Shown here: positions 58,038 through 64,000 of the stretch, piece after piece
Layout of the letters: every line of letters starts with the position of its first letter
How positions within the stretch are numbered: position 1 is the first letter of the stretch
NCBI GenBank assembly: GCA_043228905.1
Contig: JBHGNT010000011.1
Span: 14,694,001-14,758,000 of the forward strand
Direction of reading: 5' to 3'
Length of the DNA stretch: 64,000 nucleotides
From: Azolla caroliniana
Lineage: Eukaryota > Plantae > Polypodiophyta
Translations under genes and position numbers: made by a program
Notes under the pieces: generated by a model
The model's input: only the letters and a program-made list of their open reading frames with translations
Told to the model about the DNA's origin: nothing
Databases searched by the model: none

Positions 58038-61000
58038 CCGCGAGGTGGTACGTGTCGTTGTCGTTCGCGCTCGTCACCATGTAGGGCCCGAACCATCTCC
58101 TAACAAACTTTCGCACCGCCTTGTGCTGATTGTCCAGGCTACTGTCGTATACCAAGACCCAGTCGCCTTCCTCGATCTTCTTTGGTCGCAACCGGTGCGT
58201 CCGGTTGAACCGGGTCTTGTTCCGCTCCCTTGCTGCTCGCAGCTTTTCCTTCGCCTGCATCACGTCCTCCGGCCTCCGCTCAAGTTGCCGAATCCGCGCC
58301 GCCAGCAACTCCTCCCAGCTCATTTCGTCCTTCCAATCTACCGCCGCCCACGAAGAAACCGTCTGTTCCACCGGCATGATCAGCTTTTGTCCGTACATTA
58401 GCTCCGCCGGCATAATTCCTGTCACCGAACTGTGCGTAGTCCGGTCAGCCCATAGCGCTTAAGGAAGGAATTGCAGCCAATTCCCGACCTACTCACCGCA
58501 TGCACGCACCAACGCCTTTACAATCGGTCTGTGCCCACGTTCCACCTTTTCGTTCGCCTCCGGATTGTATGACGTGGTGAGGGAGAGTTTGACGCCTAGC
58601 CGGTCGAACAGCTCCTCGGCCTCCCGCGCATCCAGTTCTCCCCGGTCCGCCACGATCCTCCCGACGCACCCGTACCGACACACTACTTCTTCGATCAGGA
58701 ACCGGCATACCACTGCGGTTGTCTTGCTTTGCAATGCACAGCCTTCCACCTGGTTCGTTAAGTCTTCCCGTGCAAGCACCAGGTATCGCATCTGTCCTAC
58801 CCCCATCGGCATCGTCACCAAGTCCACCATCCACTTGAAATGGACCGTAGGCGGGTAGGTCAGGCGTAGCTCGTCCCGGTGTCGAACTACGGAGTGCATC
58901 TGACAGCTTTCGCAAGTCGTTACGAACCGATGCACGTCCTAGTATAGCCTCGGCCACTAGTACTTCTCCTTCAGCTTCTCGAACGTGGCCCACGTTCCGC
59001 GGTGTCCGGCCCATGGGCTCTCGTGGAATGCCGCCAGTAGTTTCCCCTGTTCTTCTTTCTTTGCCACTACTCGGAGTGGGATGCCGCTTCTCTTCTTTGG
59101 GTGCTTCCATATGCACCCGTCCCGTAGGAAGAATCGGTACGCCTTCCTCCGTATCCGGCTCGGCTCCTCTCTCGCCCATGTTGCGTCCGGCGTCATCGTC
59201 CGTAGGAACCTGCCCATTTGGAGCCACTCCCCGTCGTACCTGCTTTCGTCAAATTCGTTAAGCGCCGGAGTGTTCCCTTTCCTCGTCATTACGTTAGCCG
59301 ACCCGAAGAAGTCCTCGCCGACTTCTTCATCTTCCGAAACCATGTCGTCTTCGTCGTTGAACCTTGCCCTCGAAAGCATGTCGGCCATGGCGTTGTCCTT
59401 TCCGGAGATGTGCCGTATCTCCGGGTTCAGGGACTTAATGTACGCTATCCACCGGAGCATTGCTAGGTCCGGCGTCGCGCATCCGGAAACCATGCCGAGT
59501 ATTGACAGGCAGTCCGTCTCGATAATCACCTCCGTCCCGATCAGATAATCCTTGTCGGCCTTGACTGCGGAAACGACACCCCAAAGTTCGCGCTTAACTT
59601 GGGCGTACCCTCGTTGCCGCTCGCTCAATACCTTCGCCCTGAACCGGATCGGGAATCGTACGCCGCCCTTGTCCTCCTGACTGATTACCCACCCGATCCC
59701 GGTAGGGCTGGTGTCCACCGTTACGCAAATGGGAACATCCTTGCCGTAAACCGCTTTACGGAGAGCCGGCGCTGCCGTAAGATACGCCCCTTTTTCAATA
59801 GTCCGTAGAGGGGTTCCGCGATATGTGCGTAGTGCGGGATCCATATGTGGTAGAACGCGCATGCCCCCAAGAATCTGCGGACCTCCGTGACCGACCCGCA
59901 AACGTTCCTCATCGCGGAGATGGCCTCTACCTTTGCCGGAGACGGTTTCCTACCGTAAGGCCCGCACAGGTGTCCGGCCACCAAGATCTTCGACTGTCCG
60001 AAGGCCGACTTTTCCCCGGAGAAGGTGAGCCTCGAGCACTCTAGTCTCTGCAGCACCTTCTCGCAGTCATCGATGTGGGACGCCACGAAATTCCGGCATC
60101 CGTCCGACCCGATTGCCTCGTCCCTTTTCTCCACCGGGCATCCCTTGATCGGGATGTCGTCTAAGAACGGCATGGTGATGTCCGGATACAATCCCTGAGC
60201 ACTTTGTTCATCGCGTTCACCATATAAGCCATTGAGTTCGTCCCTCCTTGTGGCAGGGTACACATCCGCACTAGGCCGAGAGGGGTCCGCATCGTCGTAA
60301 TGTCTCTGCTCTCCACGGCTAGTTGGAACTAATCGTACCCCGAGTACAGATCACCGACAGAATAGATCGACCTTCCAGCGAAGGCCTTCACGAACTCGTC
60401 TATGGTCGGTCTGATCCCTACATTACGGATGGTCAACTTGTTGACCAGTTGTAGGTCCTGGATGAAGCGCAGCGTGCCGTTCTTCTTCGACACCGTAAAC
60501 CACCGATTCGAGTACGGGGCACTCGACGATTCGAGGATGCCCATCTCCGTCTTTTGCTTTAGGAGCTCCATCAACTTCGGGATGTGAGCCCTAGGCACCG
60601 GAATCGGCTTGAGATTCCACGGTACATGCGGTACCGTGAAGATCACCATCGGTTCGACAACTGTCGGGTCTACACACCCGATCTCCTCCGGTGAGAATGC
60701 GAAAGCCTTCCCGTGCCTCCCGAGCATTCTCCGAAACCGGTCCTCCTCCGCCGGCAGTAGGAAGCCGCCCCCACCGACCTTGAGCTCCCGTAGCATTATG
60801 TCGGTGAACCGGTGATAATCCGGGACCGGACAAAGAAGCTATTGTGGTTTTCACAGGAGAAGTATGTGACAAAGGTGCTTCAAAGGTTCAGCATATCGGA
60901 TGCCAAGCCGGTGCGGTCAACGCTTTCGGCAAATTGCAAGCTGTCCGGAAAGCAAATTCCGAAGACAAAGGCGGAGAAGGTGGTGATGACAGAGGCACTA

Positions 61001-62575
61001 TATTCCTCCACAGTCGGTAGCTTGATGTACGCAATGGTGTGCACCTGGCCGGATATCGGATATGTAGTTGAAGTGGTCAGCCGGTTCATGAGCAATCCGG
61101 GAAGAGAACACTGAACCGCAGTCAAGTTGATACTCCAGTACTTGAAAGGCACCTCGAGTATGTGCCTCCGATTCGGCTCAAGTAAACCCCAACTTCAAGG
61201 ATTCACCGATTCGGACATGTTGGCTGATGCGGATACCAGCCGGTCTACATCCAGATATGTCATGACATATGCAGGGGGAGGGAGTCGTATCATGGCAAAT
61301 TTCTATTTTTGTTTCTTAGTATTCCACCTTACTCGCCCAAAAGTTAGTTTATATTCCTATCATTGACAAGTGAAAATGTGTGTTCAATTGCTTATAAATA
61401 GCATTGACACTTTTAAATATGGAAGCAAGATTTTTTAGGCCAATTATATTTCCACACATTTTCATGTGGTAATGAAAGAAATTTTATCATTTTTAATGTG
61501 GCTTTATCAAAATCCAGCTTTGATGACATATTAGCATATGTCACACTTAATACCACATTAATCACTTCACAATGACTACCTAAAGAAAGCACAAAAGAGT
61601 GTCCCAACATCTAGAAGGTTGAGCCCATAAGTGTTGCCCTATTCACACATCAAGACTTTGTGCGTTAAAGTATGAATATACCTTCTTAAGAAGGAGACAC
61701 ACATCAAGGAAACATGTGTACTTTGGTTCCATGGATGCTAAAAAATATCTAATTTAATTTCCCCTTTTCTGAACTTAATTGAACACTTCCTAAATACCTC
61801 CTACTCACCAATATATATATACACACATAATGTTCCTAAAATTTGCCTATTTTACCTTTACAAAAAGAAAACCTATATGTATGCATAATACACACTCACT
61901 TAGACTCAGTCACGCATACTACACTAAGTACATTCATTTGTAAACACGTGTGAATGCATTGCTCAAGGTAGCTCATTCAAACACCCAAGAACTCTTGCAT
62001 GTATTATATAGGACTTATTCACAAAACATATTATACACATACATAGATTTTTACACGATCTATATACAATTATACAACTCTACAAGAAAAGCATTAAAAC
62101 TTATACCTAAACATATACATATCGTCCTCAATGATCATTTGCACAGCTCTCCAAGTAAACAACAAAAAGTCTTACACATATTTAACATTCAATAGTTACT
62201 TACACCGAGCACATAAACACACATTAGCACATATGCATTATACCATATATGAATATACATTCTTGATAACCCTTCTTGACTCCAAGTCTTGTAGCACAAC
62301 AATGGCACACCACATGTTGGATTTCATAAGACTCTCAAGATAGTCAATTAGAATTGTCACTACCCAACTTATAAGTTCGTCAAAGTTTATGTTTGCACTT
62401 GCAACGTCTGTTGTTGATGAGCTATCATGACTCATATCATCCATGTGGATTGTCACAACCTTTTTTTGTATTCCAAACAGTTCATCAAAATCCATTTCTT
62501 GAATGAATTTCTCCCCACTTCCAACGCTTTTTATGCATTTTGATAGTGGGGGATTGATTGACTAGGATGACACGT

Positions 62576-64000
62576 TGTCGCGTTACTACGCGCGTGCGTG
62601 GAGAAACGAGGCGGGACCACCGGGGTCTTGGACCGAAGAGCTGGTGATAGAAGGGGAATGAGGAAGAGAGAGACGCCTTGTCACGTATGAGTAAGAAACA
62701 CAGGGGCACGGCCCGTCAACACAGATGACGCGAAGGGACACAGAGATAGGGAGACACAAGTGTTTGTATATTAACGAGTAACAGAATACACAACAAAGCA
62801 CGCGAGCGGTTACAACCGAACAGGTCGGCGAACAGATGTCGATGCCTGTTCGTCTGCGCACGAAAGGAGAAAAGGGTGGAGGTGTTGCCGGAAGCACAAG
62901 GGCGTTCCTCGAAGCAGCGCGAGCCTCCCGAAAACCTGCAGAGAAGAGCGATGGAGAACGAACAGAGGAGAAGCGTTCGGTTCCAGTCCGACAGCACTTC
63001 GTCCTCCTTAATGCGCGATCCCTTCTCCCTGCGTATCCCTCTCCTTTATAGCGTCAAGAAGGGAGTCGTCTCCCTCATTTACTTCCTACCTACCGAATCT
63101 AACTACCCAGGATATCTCTATGTACCTAATTCTCTATTATATACATTAAGAGCGCGCACACGTGAAGGGCCGGTTCATGTGCGCTATTCACCGATTGCGC
63201 CAAGGGACGGTTTTCTTCACGACATCCGCCCCCACCTAACCGCGCATCCACCGGTATGCGCCAAAATTGGGTTCTGGTTGGAGAAAACCGGTCTGGGTTC
63301 CGTTTCTTCGTCCATCGGTTCGCCCTCCGTTTCGGACTGTTCGTCTTCGTTGTCCAGGCCTCTTAGATCCGGTTCGTTGTCGTGGCGCTTCTTGAACGCT
63401 TTGATCCGCTTCCCTGCTACCGGCATCGCCATCCTCGTACCGTCGAGTTCCGCCAGGTGATACGTCCCGTTGTCGTTGGCACTCGTTACCACGTAAGGCC
63501 CGAACCACCGCTTCGCAAACTTCCGTGTTGCTCGGTGCTGGTTGTCGAGGCTGCTGTCGTAGACTAGCACCCAGTCGCCTTCCTCGATTTTCTTCGGTCG
63601 TAGCTGGTGCGTTCGGTCGAACCGGGCTTTGTTCTTCATCCTCGCCGTTCGAAGTCTCTCCGCTGCTCGTTCCACATCCTCTGGCCTCCGCTCGAGCTGT
63701 CGTATACGTGCCGCTAGCAGTTCTTCCCGACTCACCTCGTCCCTCCAATCTATTGTCACCCAAGAGGAGATCGTCCGTTCCATCGGCATGATCAGCTTCT
63801 ATCCGAACATGAGCTCTGACGGCATGAACCCGGTTACCGAACTGTGCGTTGTCCAGTCCGCACACAAGGCATAAGGTAACAGTCGTGGCCAGTTTCCGAC
63901 CTGGCCTCCGCATGCCCGGACTAGCGCTTTGACGATTGGCCCGTGCCCGCGCTCTACCTTCCCGTTTGCCTCCGGATTGTACGCTGTGGTGAGCGAGAGC
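62576..64000 (-). mobile_element. Ty3/Gypsy family A copy 4 (3' LTR 62576-63224 plus integrase C-terminus; runs off the window)
   Basis: LTR homologous to 22824-23473; PPT at 63225; KFAKRWFGPYVV. Confidence 0.95.

Larger units (their letters stand above)
56491..60810 (-). mobile_element. Ty3/Gypsy family A copy 3 (diverged 3' LTR 56491-57111 plus degenerate pol; 5' half deleted)
   Basis: TGTCGCG...ATGACA, PPT, and RT/RH/INT fragments homologous to 4326-7829. Confidence 0.92.
42321..61285 (+). mobile_element. Tnt1/Tork-like Copia, fragmented by nested inserts (own sequence 42321-43569, 53404-54588, ~60811-61285)
   Basis: LTR 42321-~42878; iMet PBS TAGTATCAGAGC 42882-42893; gag MEDPFGGMVKLTDSNYPVWK; CFYCEMSGHFQNNC; WVVDSGASFH; integrase ELNGVTERMNR; RT SQEKYVTKVL..VGSLMYAMVCT. 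Confidence 0.88.

Noticed and set aside
61290-62571. Short minus-strand ORFs in AT-rich sequence
   Set aside because: No recognisable motif; possibly a decayed transposon, but unsupported.
3602-64000. All family A copies lie on the minus strand
   Set aside because: With four or five copies this is compatible with chance.

Overview
This is eukaryotic, transposon-saturated DNA, most likely from a non-seed land plant (moss, liverwort or fern type; inferred from a plant tRNA-Trp primer site, Tcn1-like chromoviruses, Copia gag motifs and a KCS gene remnant). There is no intact host gene. The window is a stack of nested elements: (1) a degenerate L1-type LINE; (2) four copies plus solo LTRs of a GC-rich Ty3/Gypsy family ('family A': tRNA-Trp PBS, 4-bp TSD); (3) four Tcn1-like chromovirus copies or remnants; (4) a ~10-kb DNA transposon (after removing an insert) with a spliced DDD-type transposase and a convergent RING + FCP1-like cargo gene, both with introns filled by a palindromic TAGCTAATTAGCTA array; (5) several Copia remnants; (6) two MITEs; (7) a young Athila/Tat-like Gypsy with identical LTRs, a 1934-aa gag-pol and a ~900-codon extra ORF. 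The most unusual signals are: tRNA-like (Pol III A-box/B-box) modules lying antisense inside U3 of four LTRs; a CpG-centred target at 6 of 6 insertion sites of TGTCG-ended LTRs; Tf1-style self-priming; and two different -1 frameshift cassettes. All coordinates and comparisons were read by eye and no database searches were run.
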